A stretch of DNA of 64,000 nucleotides from Diplonema japonicum (GCA_964019335.1 OZ025671.1:558001-622000), one strand, 5' to 3'; shown: positions 20,430-31,982, counted from the first letter of the stretch. Notes: generated by a model not told the origin, from the sequence alone. Program-made: numbers and translations.

Positions 20430-21038
20430 TTAGCTCACAACTGTTTGGTTCGTTTCAAATGAGTACGGGTTGTGGTAGATAATGTTGGAGGGCTCGGCAG
20501 ACGAATTCGAAGAAGAAGAAACAGAGGACACCTCAGCAGCATTATTCAATCTAGCAACCTTCTGCCTGTGTTTCGCAGACAAAATGTGGGTTTGGTACTG
20601 ACCGACAGAATTACACCTTTTATTGCAAGTAGGACACACAGTAATGTGAACCTTAGGCTTGGTTTTCTTCTCTTTGGTGTTGGTTCTGACAAGATGGGCT
20701 GGGATGACAAGCAGATCAGCAGGAACTTCATCCTCCCCTTCCCATTCAATCCCTGTCACAGTAGATAAACTTCTACTCAGCAACGAGGGCGACAGCCAAA
20801 TGCACGAACTCACATAAGTTTCCAAGAACTCCTTGCACCACACAGCAAGCTCCATCATATCCCCTGGGACACCCTCCTCCCCCATGATTTTATACATTGC
20901 CATTTTTTCATAGAACAGCTCTCTGCAGGCTACGGTGTCCGGGCTGTCATAGTTCTCCTCACCGATACGGCACTTCTTAACAAGCAATTTCGCGTTGAAG
21001 AAGTTGATGAGGTCGTTGTATGTCTTCACTTGCGTCAT
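20430..21038 (-). CDS. Zinc-finger (matrin/U1-type C2H2) protein
   Basis: CPTCNKRCNSVGQYQTHILSAKH; 202-aa ORF. Confidence 0.8.
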   Translation of the reverse strand: MTQVKTYNDLINFFNAKLLVKKCRIGEENYDSPDTVACRELFYEKMAMYKIMGEEGVPGDMMELAVWCKEFLETYVSSCIWLSPSLLSRSLSTVTGIEWEGEDEVPADLLVIPAHLVRTNTKEKKTKPKVHITVCPTCNKRCNSVGQYQTHILSAKHRQKVARLNNAAEVSSVSSSSNSSAEPSNIIYHNPYSFETNQTVVS

Positions 21039-21152
21039 TGGTGTGTAGTGTCTTGTGTCCTGGTGGGGGTAGCGGGGGGGAAAAAAGTGGGGGGGGGAGG
21101 TAGAAGTACGATCCCTTTTTGTAAAAAAAAGTAGTAGTTTCCCTTTCCTCTT

Positions 21153-21899
21153 TCAGCACTGGGTGGCAACGGTCATCCTGCAGAAGTGCGACAGGTCGGC
21201 CACAACGTCGTTCCAGTTCCTGTCGGAGACGCCTGCTGGCCATGATGACGTCCGTCGTTTTGATGTGGACAGCTTAGCCCGTACTGTCATGAGAGCCTCG
21301 CCCAGCTTGTTGTTCCCCACGCTGCTCCCGTCTGACCAGTATTCAGACGGTGTTGGAGGTCCAGGGTAGCAGCACAGCAAGAACGAACCTGAAGTCTCCA
21401 GCAGCGGTCCCACCGACGATGGGATGGCGTACCGTGCCTCCAGCGCACGCAGCATTGCGGGGTATCTTGAGAAACGTGTGTCGCGCTGCCGTTCGTTGTG
21501 CCGTTCCTTTATCTTGCGCACCTCCACTATGCTGTTGGCACCTGCAAACTCGCTTCTCACGTCATCATCGTACCACCACTTCTGAGCTTGATACGCAGCA
21601 TCCACCGTATGGAAGGACTCGGTGGTGTTGCCGTAGCTGAGGAGTAGCTTGTACGGCGATAGCGGCCAATGCGGCGACAGGACCCCGCTGCTGAAACCCT
21701 TCTCCCAGATGTCGTCTTCGCCACGCCAGCTGAACGGTGTCACGTTGACCGCAAGACTTTTCCCACACCACAGCATGCATCGCACGACTGGTGCGCCCCC
21801 CTCCTCCCACGCGTGCAGTGCCCTCTTGTACGTGGCGTGCTTCCTCTCCATGCTGTCCTCGTCGTCTTTGGCATCTTTCAGAAGCTGTTGAAGTCGCAT
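21153..21899 (-). CDS. NADAR (YbiA-like) domain protein
   Basis: FHTVDAAYQAQKW, MLRALEARY, LLETSG, YW..G..GNNKLGEALMTVR match the NADAR pattern. Confidence 0.75.
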   Translation of the reverse strand: MRLQQLLKDAKDDEDSMERKHATYKRALHAWEEGGAPVVRCMLWCGKSLAVNVTPFSWRGEDDIWEKGFSSGVLSPHWPLSPYKLLLSYGNTTESFHTVDAAYQAQKWWYDDDVRSEFAGANSIVEVRKIKERHNERQRDTRFSRYPAMLRALEARYAIPSSVGPLLETSGSFLLCCYPGPPTPSEYWSDGSSVGNNKLGEALMTVRAKLSTSKRRTSSWPAGVSDRNWNDVVADLSHFCRMTVATQC

Positions 21900-21959
21900 G
21901 CGTATCCTTAAAGGGCTAGCCGTGGGCAGGCATCAATAAATAACTGGAAACCACTTCTA

Positions 21960-23140
21960 TCATTCAAATGGTAGCACCACGAACACGTGCATCGGTGTCT
22001 CCGTCTCGGTCTATTGGTGTTGTTGTTGTTGCTTGTTTGTGTTGTGCATACCGAATCAACAGAATGTTTGTAGACAATCTCCAAGCACAGCTCGAGGCCT
22101 TCTCCCTCCTCGTGCTCTGCAGGCAAGCTCTCGGCACGCACCACCAAAGGTACGATCAAATTGTTGTCCCAAGACTTTGCCTCCGCGGACTCTGCCCACA
22201 GTGGTGTGTGGGTGAGCGTCTCGGGTAAGGGGCCTATCGTTAACGGTGCCTCAGGGAGCGTCACTGTGCAGTGGTGTGTTGTGACGTTGAGGGACACTAT
22301 GCAGCAGGGGAAGCTGCTGGGGTTTACGAAAGTGAGAGGAAGCACCAGCTCCGTGCCTGGTGACACCTCTCGTGGGTAGGAAGGTGTGATCAATATCTTA
22401 GGGAATAGCAGCACAGCAGATCTGTTGAGCCGCCTGTTCCCATCGTTGTCAATCTCCGCAGAAAGGAGGTACTTTTGGTACCGCACAGCAGTGCGCACCA
22501 TAAGCGGGCACTCTGCAGGCTGCTCGAAAGAATGCTGCTCCTCATCAACGGGTGCTTGGAAGGGCAGAGGCTGCGGTCGTGTTTGACGGGCTTCCAGACA
22601 GGCTTCAAAGACCCTGAGCTTTTCCCTGTTGAGCCCCATGGCACGCTCTGTAGGGAGGGGCTTCTCCTGCTGTTCCGAGAGGCATGCAGCGACTGTGGTG
22701 CTGAGGTGCGTGGTGAGGGCAGTGAAGGTGCTGGCCTGTGAGGTCGCGTGCTTCTTGCTAGACTGCACCATCAGCTGCTCTGCCGCGATGGGGTCCGTGG
22801 GGTCGTCCAGCGTGATCTCGACGTGGCCTGCAGTGTCGTAGCCGCAGTGGCGGCACTGGAGCTTGCACTTGCCTTCTTCCTTGCAAGGCGCTACCACCAG
22901 CCCTGCTTTGCAGTAGGGGCACTTCCCACAGTACATGCACATGGTGGGCTTCTCCCTTGCACTGCTTGCGTACTGCTCGCACTGCCCACAGAAGGGCGTC
23001 CCTATCGAGATGGCTGCGTCCATCCTGTGCACCAGCGATCCTGTCTTCGTGTTGTAGAACAGATCATGCAGCCTGCACGCCTTGCCCTGCTGTGTCCCGT
23101 ACATCAGCTGCGGGGTGCCCGACAGACGCTTGCCCTCCAT
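21960..23140 (-). CDS. DCTN4: Dynactin subunit 4 (p62)-like, 2 exons (23140-22052, 22010-21960)
   Basis: N-terminal L.DLFY plus multiple CxxC pairs typical of p62. A 41-nt GT-AG intron (22051-22011) gives the C-terminus TETETPMHVFVVLPFE*. Confidence 0.7.
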
Positions 23141-23358
23141 CTTGATGCACCCCTTCTCTTTGCAAGCTCGGGACGCAATAAAAAAAAAGAAAAAAGGGAA
23201 AAAAGGTGTGTAGAAGACAGAATAAAAAAGAGAGAGAAAAAAAAAAAAAACGTTGTAGGAAAAAAAGAAAAGAAAAGAAAAAAAAAAGGAATGTGAGGTG
23301 TATTGTTTTTTTCTTCTTCTTTCTTCTTTTTACTTTTTCGTTCTTCCTCCTTCCCTCT

Positions 23359-24027
23359 CTATTGCAGCTGGCGCAGCTCGCCGGTTTGGGTACGCCATGC
23401 GAAGTCACAGAGCTTGTCCCCCCAGTCCATATTGTCAAGGGCGTCGTAGAAGGCTTGCCGGGAGGTGCGTGAGGAGACAAACTGTGCAAGGTGTACTTTG
23501 GGTGAGGAAAACACATAAGTTGGTATAGAAGCTACAGCAGGCACCTGTTGATCTTGAAGATGCTCAATGGCAGAGCCAAGGTTGGGGACACCTGAGGCCT
23601 GGAGGGTGAGGAGCTTTTCTAACTGGCTGTCCTTCTCTCTCTCTGTACTGCCGTTCAGCCTGGAGGTGAGGAGGATCGCGCAGATGTCGTCGCTCAACGA
23701 CTCGATCCCCCGTAAGGATTCCTTCCCGGGCCTCACAGCGTGAGGCAAGGCGACCTTAAAAGAATCCACGGCTTCTCTGAGCTCAGCCAAGCCGACCTCT
23801 TCTCCCACTACGTCGACGTCCACCAGCCCTTTGTCGATCTCCCCTCTGGAAAGGTTCATCTCCTTCATTAGCCCTTCCCTGGCTAGCCAGGTGGTTGCGA
23901 TTTTGCCGCTATCCAGCCACTCCATGCCCATGGACTGATATACATTCTGCTTGCCTCGTAGCTTCAATATATTTCCTTTTATCGCTTCCTTGAGCAGAGC
24001 GCTGTCCAAAACAAGTAAACGAGGCAG

Positions 24028-24030
<3 letters not shown>
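23359..24030 (-). CDS. Hypothetical protein (223 aa)
   Basis: Complex ORF from MLPRLLVLDS; the upstream extension in the ORF track is homopolymer noise. Confidence 0.7.
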
Positions 24031-24058
<28 letters not shown>

Positions 24059-25359
24059 CCCGCTTCCCCTTCCTGATTCCAGACTGCGCTCTTGAGATTA
24101 GAAGGGGGAGAAAAAAAAACAAAACAGGAAAAAAAAAAAAAAAAAAAGAAATACCAAACAGAAACGAGGGGGAAGGAGAAGGGAGAGGAAAGAAGAATAA
24201 GAATATGAAGGAGGAGAAAAAAAAATGATTGTGCCTGTTTCATAATTACTTGTGTGGCGTCGACCAAAAAAAAGAATAAAAAAGTAGGGGGGGGAGGGTA
24301 AAGAACCGTTATTGACACTTGATGATAAATTAACCCCCCCCCCCTCCCCATCGATCCAGCGTTTCGTTTGTTTTTCTCCGATAGTGAGAATGCCGCATTT
24401 TGCAAGAAGACACAGAATCCAAGAATCGCCCTAATTTGTTGAAGAACGCCCCAGCTGACTGGACTATTCTGAGCCGACTTTTGGGGCTAAGGATTTTTCG
24501 GAGGTACTTAGATGCAAGGCGAAAAAGTGAAACAAAGGGGGGAAAAAAAAACCCCATTCCAACTCTTTTATTATTTTTTTTTTAAAAAGTTTTTCTTCCA
24601 TTACTTCGGAAACAGATACATAAAATAGTCACAAAGACGAAGGGAAGAGCGGGATCAGGTATCGACATCGTCCTCATAAGCTTTGGTATGTTTTTTTTTT
24701 TTTCTTTAAATAAAGGCTCTTTTAAAAAGAGATTCTAACTTTTTATAAAGAGAACAATCGAATGGAAAAAAAAAAGGGGGGGAGGCCCTCGCCTACCTTT
24801 TTGTGTCATCATCTTCGCAAAAAGAAAAGAAGAAGAAGAAGAAGAAAAAAAAAAAAAAACAAGTGTTAAAACACTCCCCCTCCCCTACCTTCTACTAAAA
24901 AAAAAAAGAAAAAGAGGAAAAGAAAAAGGAGAATAAAAAAACTTAAGCTGTAGAGGTAGGGGGGGAGGATTTTTTTTCTTCTTCTTCCTCTTTCCTTATT
25001 TTCGTTCTTTCCCGTCAGTTCTTTTGATGGTCATAACCACGGCAAAAGGTAAAAGAAAAGCTTTAAATTTTTGCTGACGATGACAATTTATTTTTATATA
25101 TCTAGGGAGTTGCTTTAACATTTTTCTTTTTCTTTTTTCGAGGAGTCGTGTATCCAGAGTCAGTAGTGGGGGGGGGGGGGGGGGCACGGGAAGACTAACT
25201 CTGTTACCCCCCCCCCCCCCCCCCCAAGATTACATTACTTTTTATATTTTGATCCAGAAAAAAAAAAGAAAACTAACTAATTTTTAAAGAAAGAAAAATT
25301 TTGCATACAGAGAGATCCATATCCCTCCCCCCACCCACCCAAAAAAAAAACCTCCGTTC

Positions 25360-26591
25360 TCAAAGAGAGGAAGGCAAGGACCCTGCCGATGCCCGATCCT
25401 CATAAGCGGCTAGAGTCAAAGAAAGCTGCTTTTTAACAAGCTGGATATCTTCAAAGGAATAGTCTGTATTTTTTTTTTTTTTTTTCCTTTCCCCAAAAAA
25501 ACTTTTTTTTCTTTTCAAAAATCCATACGGGGTGGGTAGAAAGGCACCTCCGGTCGGCTCATTTCCCCCGACTTTCCGTACAGGGCAAGAGCCTCTCTGG
25601 GTGACATTCTGTTCTCCGGGTTCCGCGCCAGAAGATTGTGCAAAACATCGATTTCAACACACGACGCCTCCGAAAACTTCTGTCTCAAAGCCTCCTTGGA
25701 ATTGTCCCAAGAAGCGTGCGCGGATGACAAACTCGCTTCGTCGCCTGAAAAAAGCGCTTTCCCGGTTAGAAGCTCAGCCAATATACATCCAGCAGACCAA
25801 GAGTCTACCTTAAAGGAATAATCGGTGTTGTCTGCCACAGTCTCGGGTGCTCTGTAGGGGTGGGTGGTGACGTACCTACCGTAGGTCAAGGGGGGGAATT
25901 CTTTGGAGTGTTCTTGTTCAAGGGGACGCCGGCAGCTACCGAAATCAACGAGTTTCGCTTCAACCACACGACCCAGTTCATCCGTGAAAGCACACACGTT
26001 CTCAGGCTTCAGATCCCTATGCATGATGTTACACCCATGCAGATGGGACAGACCTGACAACAACGCTTTCATAACCAAATCTCTTGATGCTTGCGTTACG
26101 CTTCGTTGCCTGACCGACATGTCTAAGAGGTACTTTCCAAGGTCAAGGTCCATGAAGGGCTCTACAATGTACAGGAAGCCGTCTGCTTGCCACGCGTCAG
26201 TGATTTCTATCAAAGAATCGTGAGGGGCGTCCTGTGTGATGTGTACCAAGGTGCGGAGCTCTCGGTAGGCGGTTTCGCATGAGCTGCAGTCTTCAAGAGA
26301 CTGTCGTTTGATGATGTATTGCTCGCCTCTTCTCGTGCACTTGATGATCTTTCCAAAGGAACCGTTTGTCTGCAGTCCTAGCAGGTCGGTGTATTCGGTA
26401 GGGATGTTGCCCATTACGCCGTCCTGGCCCACCATGACCATTCTCCTTACTAGTTCCCTTGCGGGTGATGTCCCTTGGCTGTCTGTTAACCCGCAGTCGC
26501 TTGACGCGGGGCTGAACTCTACTCGTCGTCTCTTTACGTCGGCGTTGTTTGTATGTCCCTCATCGCTTCCAATGCTGCAGCTTCTCTTCAT
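25360..26591 (-). CDS. CMGC/MAPK-like Ser/Thr kinase, 2 exons (26591-25529, 25463-25360)
   Basis: GSFG, IIK, HRDLKPEN, DFG, YVTTHPYRAPE, DSWSAGCILAEL. A phase-1 GT-AG intron (25528-25464) adds HYSFEDIQLVKKQL...SSL*. Confidence 0.85.
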
Positions 26592-26719
26592 TTCTACGCA
26601 CGCTTAGGAGGTGTGGGAAAGGGAAGAAGAGGCAAAACGGAATCGAAAGAATACATAGCGTGGAGAAACCGAAGAGGATAAGAAGACGGGAAAGACAATA
26701 AACTAAAAAAAAAGTGGGC

Positions 26720-27289
26720 TTACACTTTGCTGTGTTTTTTCTCTAACATTACAACCTGAAGGTTTGTGGGGTTTTTTTCTTCCCCCCCCTTTTTTTTTAT
26801 AAATACCACTTTATCCAACTCCTTCACTGCTTTGTACACTTCATTCACATCGATGCAAAGCATTGACATCTGCTCGAGTTGCACGTCCAGGAAGTTGACG
26901 TTCTTTACCTTTTTTTTTTTTTTTTAATTTCTTTTTTTTTTTTGTATAAATACCACCGCGTCCATCTCGGTAACGGTTTCATTCAGTGCTGTGGTGAAGT
27001 GCGTGACCGCCTCGTTGTGTACTTCCAAATGTTTCACTTGTGCTTGCATTTGTCGCTTTGATTTCAGCTGCAAGTCCCCTATTATGTGTGCGAAGGCGAC
27101 CCCCATCTTCTGCGACCTCTTCTGCACTGTTTCCAACATGCGGGCAGCGTTTTCTCGCACGGCCATCATGCTGACCTCCTCCCCCGGGGTCAGTGAATCG
27201 GATAAACTCCCATTATCTACGAAAGATAGAGCCCGCAAACTGTCCTTGTCGCAGTCACGCTCACTACCGGGTGGTGTCACAAAAGACAT
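26720..27289 (-). CDS. BORCS6/BLOC-1-related small coiled-coil protein, 3 exons (27289-26954, 26908-26807, 26755-26720)
   Basis: Phase-0 GT-AG introns of 45 and 51 nt join the exons in frame. The helical pattern resembles the BORCS6 C-terminal domain (by eye only). Confidence 0.55.
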
Positions 27290-27396
27290 CTTTCCCTTTC
27301 CCCCCTTTTTTATTTGATCGCAGCAGGAAGAAAAAAAGGAACACACAAAAAAAAGATTTTGCAGGTATTACAGGTAGTTTTTTTAAGTAAAAAAAA

Positions 27397-27690
27397 GAGG
27401 TGTCTTTGAGGGAACCTGCAAGTATGTGACAGGATCGCCTAACGACAGTCAACTCATCTTGTGTTTGATGCCTTCTGTCGTGGTAGTGCCTCAGGGCCCG
27501 TCGGCAGCTTGGGCGTGAAATCTACTAGCGAGTTGTTGAGGATGCAATGAGTTCGCAGTTGCTCCTCTAGGATCGGGTGGGTTGCCTTCGGGGAACGCAA
27601 AGACAGGACGAGCGGAGTACCCAATGGTGGAATGGCTTGGAGCCCTAGGGTAGTGAGTGCACTGACTTCTTAGTTCTGTAGGTCCCCAGG
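27397..27690. repeat. Repeat family B, long structured copy
   Basis: Begins with a diverged family-B motif, followed by ~250 nt of GC-rich non-coding sequence with several hairpins (ACGACAG/CTGTCGT, GCCCG/TGGGC, GAGGA-GCAA/TTGC-TCCTC, C-TTCG-G loop). Confidence 0.5.
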
Positions 27691-27848
27691 AAAAAAAAAA
27701 AAGAAAAAAAGGTGCTGCATCGGATAAGGGGAACAAAAAGAAGAAAAAAACGAGAGATGTGGCAAATCTCACATTACGATTCTACAGCAAACAAAACGTA
27801 AACAAAAAAGACCCCCTAGCCCCCCCCCCCCCCCCCCACCAACCTTTC

Positions 27849-29853
27849 TCAGAGTCCAGATTTTCGAATGGCGGTGGCAATCTCAGGGATGACAGTAGGA
27901 TCCTAATATGTTTCTATTTTCTCCCCCTCACCCTCAACACACCTCAATAGTACTTGGCATATCGTATTTTTCCTTGTTGAGCATCTTTCTTATAGTGACG
28001 CGAAGGACCTTCCCAGAGCGTGTTTTAGGGAGGCGTGACAAGGGGATGGCCGCACGGAGCCTGGCGAAGCCTCCGACGTTATCGGTGATGAGCTTATTGA
28101 TCTCTGCGAAGTGGGTAGTGGAAGATGGTGTCCCGGACTTCACAACGTAGAAGGCGACAGGGACGACACCTTTGAAGTCATCGTGAAGGCCGACAACGAC
28201 ACCCTCAGCGATGGCAGGGTGCAAGGACAGAGATTCTTCAAGCATCCCTGTCGACAGCCGTATGGCACCCACGTTCATGATGTCATCCGTCCTCGACATG
28301 ATGAAGACGTGCCCGTTGTCGTCCAGGTAGCCCGCATCCCCCGACAGGTAGTACTCGTTGTTCCCTGTCAAGTACTTCTCCGCGTACTGCTGTTGCGTCT
28401 TCCCCCACAAACTGTTCAGCATCCCCGGTGGCAGTGGCTGTTGTTGTGTGTTTAAAAGGGGGGAAGGGGGGACGCATACCCGCTTTATCAGAATGTCCCC
28501 CATCTCTGTTCCAGATGGGATCTCCTCATTTGTCTTCAGGTCCATCACCTTGATATTCCACCCAGGCACGGGCAGCCCCGCCCCGGGTGAATGTTCGTAC
28601 TCTGAAAGCCCCACACAAGGGGATGTGATGGGCCATCCTGACTCTGTCTGCCACCAGTGGTCGTACACGGGAAGCCTTGTCAGATTCTGTGCCCAATCCA
28701 GCGTGTCCGTGTCCGTGCGCTCTCCCGCGAGGAACAGGTACTTCAGCGAGGACAGGTCGTACGGCTTCATGAGCTCGCCGTTGGGGTCGTCCCGCTTCAG
28801 GGCACGGATGCCGGTCGGTGCTGCGAACATAGAGTTCACCTTGTGGTCCTCGATGACACGCCAGTAGGCAGAGGCGTCGGGTGTGCCCACAGGCTTCCCC
28901 TCGTACACCACTGACTGGCACCCTGCCAGTAGCGGGCCGTACACGATGTACGAGTGCCCCACTACCCAGCCGATGTCCGAAGCTGCAAACATGACCTCCT
29001 TCTCGTCCAAACCGTAGACAGCCTTCATGGACCACTTCAGGACAGTGGCATAACCGCCTATGTCCCGCACAACACCTTTGGGCTGCCCAGTGGTGCCGCT
29101 TGTGAACATGATGTACAGGGGGTGCGTGGAGGGCAGCATGACAGGGTCCGCCTGCTCGGGGGACGTGCCAAGGGCGTCGTAGAAGTCTATGTCTCTGCCA
29201 GGTTGCAGGTCACAGAATAGCTCGGGGCGTCTGACCACCACACACGGTATGGGGGTTGCAAGGTTGCACTTCTCAAGCGCAGAGTCGAGCAGCACTTTGT
29301 AGTCGACGATCTTACCCATGGCAGGCACACCGCAGGAGGAGGCCACAATCAACTTTGGCTTTGCATCAATGATGCGTTTTGCCAGTTCGTTAGGAGCGAA
29401 GCCTCCAAAGCACACAACATGGATGGCACCTACGCGAGCACAGGCCAGCATGGTGCACACCGCCTCCAAGGTCTGCGCCATGTAGACGAGAACAGTGTCG
29501 CCAGGCTGCACTCCCCGCTTGATGAGCATGCCAGCGATGTTGTTGACCATCTTCAGGACCTCGTTGTATGTCATAACCACATGCTTCCCTGGGCTGCTCA
29601 CGGGGCTGTCGTATCTAAAGGCAGGGCTGTCTCCCAGGCCCTTCTCCACATTCACATCCACAGCGTTGTAGCACATGTTCAGCTTCCCGTCGGTGAACCA
29701 TAGGTCCGCCTTCTCATCTTGCCGCAGTGTCTGCTTCGGCACTTTGTCCCACACCAGCTTCGCCCCCTGCTCCTCCCAGAACCCCGCAGGGTCCCTCAGT
29801 GACGCGCTCAACGCCTCCCTGTGAGACCCCCACAGCACTGTGCACCGCTTCAT
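27849..29853 (-). CDS. Propionyl/acetyl-CoA synthetase (ACSS3/PrpE-type), 3 exons
   Basis: YIMFTSGTTGQPKG, SDIGWVVGHSY, DHWWQTESG, LPKTRSGKVLR. Introns 28479-28438 (restores IKRPLPPG) and 27942-27903 (restores STIEDPTV). Confidence 0.92.
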
Positions 29854-29941
29854 TGTGTACCCCCCCCACCTAGTAGGCTTCGCGTTGCACGCTTGCGAGT
29901 AAACCAACACTTGTAATCTAAGCCGAATCTATGGAATCTAA

Positions 29942-31783
29942 CTACAGAATGGCTAGGGCCAGGTCGAGCTGCTTACAGCGGGTTGTCTCTGAGAAGCCTG
30001 CTTCTTGCAGGAGGCACAGGGAGTGCGTCAGGTACCACTTGGCACGATCCTCGTGGTTGACCTTAGCGCAGACTCGTGACGCAACCTCGCAATACTCAGA
30101 GAGGGTAAAGGCAACGGGGCCGAGGTTTGCACTACCCCCCTCCACCCAGTAGTGGGACAGGGACAGGCAACGGAGGATCCACAGCGTGCGTGAGTAATTC
30201 TGCGACTTGAAAGATGTCCCAAGCAGCTGTGCCAACAGAGAGGAAATAACGTAGTGCGAAGGGTGCAGCTGCGAGTAGGTCTCAAGGTACTCGTCTAAAG
30301 GTGTCCAGTTGGATGGGTCGTTCTCGATGGTTGCCCGTACCTCGTTCCATTGCTGTGTCGCGTCCTTCTCCAGCCCCTCTAGTTCGCGCATCTTAAAGTT
30401 GTCGCTCTCATTCTCCTTCGACATCGCCCTCACTCCCACCCACTTTGCCCCCTCTCCCACAGGGCAGCTCACTAGTGGTGCCTCATTACCAATGGAACTG
30501 AGCACTTTCTTCAAGAGTTCTTCCTCCAGTTCTACATCACCCGCATATTTGTACTTCTCGTCCTTTTCTGTGAAGCAAAACGACCGTGCCCTGTCGCCCT
30601 CGGTGGAGCACATGTGGCACTTGCACGTAAAGTAGTGTGAGCTCTGTAGCATCTTGTGTCGCTCTGCTGTCGGGTGGTACACAGCACCGTAACTAATGTT
30701 GAGGTCGTCACCTTTGGCAATGTCACGCACCGCCACCACTTTGATCCGTGACTGGCCATCGTCGCCCGTCTTGTGGAGGACAGCCGTCTGGAGGTTCGGG
30801 TTGCAGTCATGCTGGAGGAGCGACGTGAGGGGGAAGACAGCGACACCGTTGTAATCATTCCGCTTGATAGTGATAGAGTTACACTGCACTGTGAGGAGGA
30901 GCTTGACGGCCTGGTCGGGGGTGAGGACGGCTTGATACTGTGGGAGGGAGACCAACGAGTTGATGAACGCGGTGGAAAGGCAAAGGTACTTACGCGTAGT
31001 CTCTGGGTCGGCCTCTTTGAGGGGGCAGTAGAGGTCGAAGACTTTCTTGCAAGGGTGGTCCTTGCGCTGGGCGTTTTCAAGGTACTGCACAAGGATGGGG
31101 AGGGAGCCCTCCTTAAAGGTGACACCAGTGACGGAGATAGGGTTGAGGTCGAAGCCCTGTTCCGCATCTTTGCCCTCCTTTTTCACTCTTTGGAGGACAA
31201 CGACACCTGTGTCTAGCTTCTTGGTCTTCAGCTCGTGGGGGAGGAGTGCTTTGCCCTCACGGGCTGCGTTGCGGAAGGCGTTGATGGCAGTTGAGAAGGC
31301 AGACGACACCAGGCAAGAGGACACGGAAGTGGGTACCTCCAGACATGACTCGTCGTAGAAAAGCACTTCACCTTGCTTGATGTCTCTTGCTGCCTTCAGC
31401 CCCCTCCCTGCGTCCTTCGTGACGTAGGGAGTCACGTTGCGGAAGGCGCCATTAAAGTCCCTTCCTTTCGCCCCGACCACCCACCCTTTATGCGGCCACT
31501 TCAGGCTCTCCTCTGGAATTTCGTCGTCAGAATCCTCATCAATATCTTCCATCTTGCTTGTGGTGGACTTCGCCTGCTTTACTTCCACGTCCAACACCTC
31601 TGTCACCTCCTCGTGTGTGGCTTCCTCCAGCTCTCTTTTCTTCTCTGCCAGCCTCCTTGTTAGATCCTCCTCTTTCGCGGTATAACCCTTCTCAAGCTCA
31701 TTGCGGATTGCTGCAAGTCTCTTTTGTTTCTCTTCCTTCTGCTTCTTCAAGCTAACCAGGTCCATCTCATCCCATTCTCCCAT
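29942..31783 (-). CDS. SMYD-type SET-domain lysine methyltransferase
   Basis: GRGLKAARDIKQGE, LLQHDCNPN, AVRDIAKGDDLNISY, post-SET FTCKCHMC. Confidence 0.88.
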   Translation of the reverse strand: MGEWDEMDLVSLKKQKEEKQKRLAAIRNELEKGYTAKEEDLTRRLAEKKRELEEATHEEVTEVLDVEVKQAKSTTSKMEDIDEDSDDEIPEESLKWPHKGWVVGAKGRDFNGAFRNVTPYVTKDAGRGLKAARDIKQGEVLFYDESCLEVPTSVSSCLVSSAFSTAINAFRNAAREGKALLPHELKTKKLDTGVVVLQRVKKEGKDAEQGFDLNPISVTGVTFKEGSLPILVQYLENAQRKDHPCKKVFDLYCPLKEADPETTRKYLCLSTAFINSLVSLPQYQAVLTPDQAVKLLLTVQCNSITIKRNDYNGVAVFPLTSLLQHDCNPNLQTAVLHKTGDDGQSRIKVVAVRDIAKGDDLNISYGAVYHPTAERHKMLQSSHYFTCKCHMCSTEGDRARSFCFTEKDEKYKYAGDVELEEELLKKVLSSIGNEAPLVSCPVGEGAKWVGVRAMSKENESDNFKMRELEGLEKDATQQWNEVRATIENDPSNWTPLDEYLETYSQLHPSHYVISSLLAQLLGTSFKSQNYSRTLWILRCLSLSHYWVEGGSANLGPVAFTLSEYCEVASRVCAKVNHEDRAKWYLTHSLCLLQEAGFSETTRCKQLDLALAIL

Positions 31784-31982
31784 CTTGCGGTCCTAACGGG
31801 TGTTGCACAGAGGGAAGACGAAACGAAGGAGTGAAGCGGATAAAATAATTAATAGCAGGCGTACAAAAAGAAAAAAAAAGATCCGGGTGAAAGGGGAAAA
31901 GAGGGAAATTAATGACTAAAACAAAGAAGAAAAGCTTTTTTTGGGGGGGGGTATTCAAGAGAAGAGGAAAAAAAAAAAGAAT

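Noticed and set aside
24600-24690. Minus-strand ATGAGGA...CTGA resembling C/D box snoRNA motifs
   Set aside because: No terminal stem, terminal D box or convincing rRNA guide; compatible with chance.
25370-25420. CCCTGCCGATGCCCGATCCTCA resembles the start of the trypanosome ingi/RIME signature
   Set aside because: It is the antisense of kinase exon 2 (25463-25360), and no HDV fold can be completed.
27490-27690. Partial resemblance to SRP RNA (GGTTGCCT...CAGG..CGGAG) or RNase MRP P4 (GAAA...CAATGG)
   Set aside because: The helix-8 GNRA/AGCAG motif and the canonical CR-I/CR-V sequences are missing; kept only as an unassigned structured repeat.
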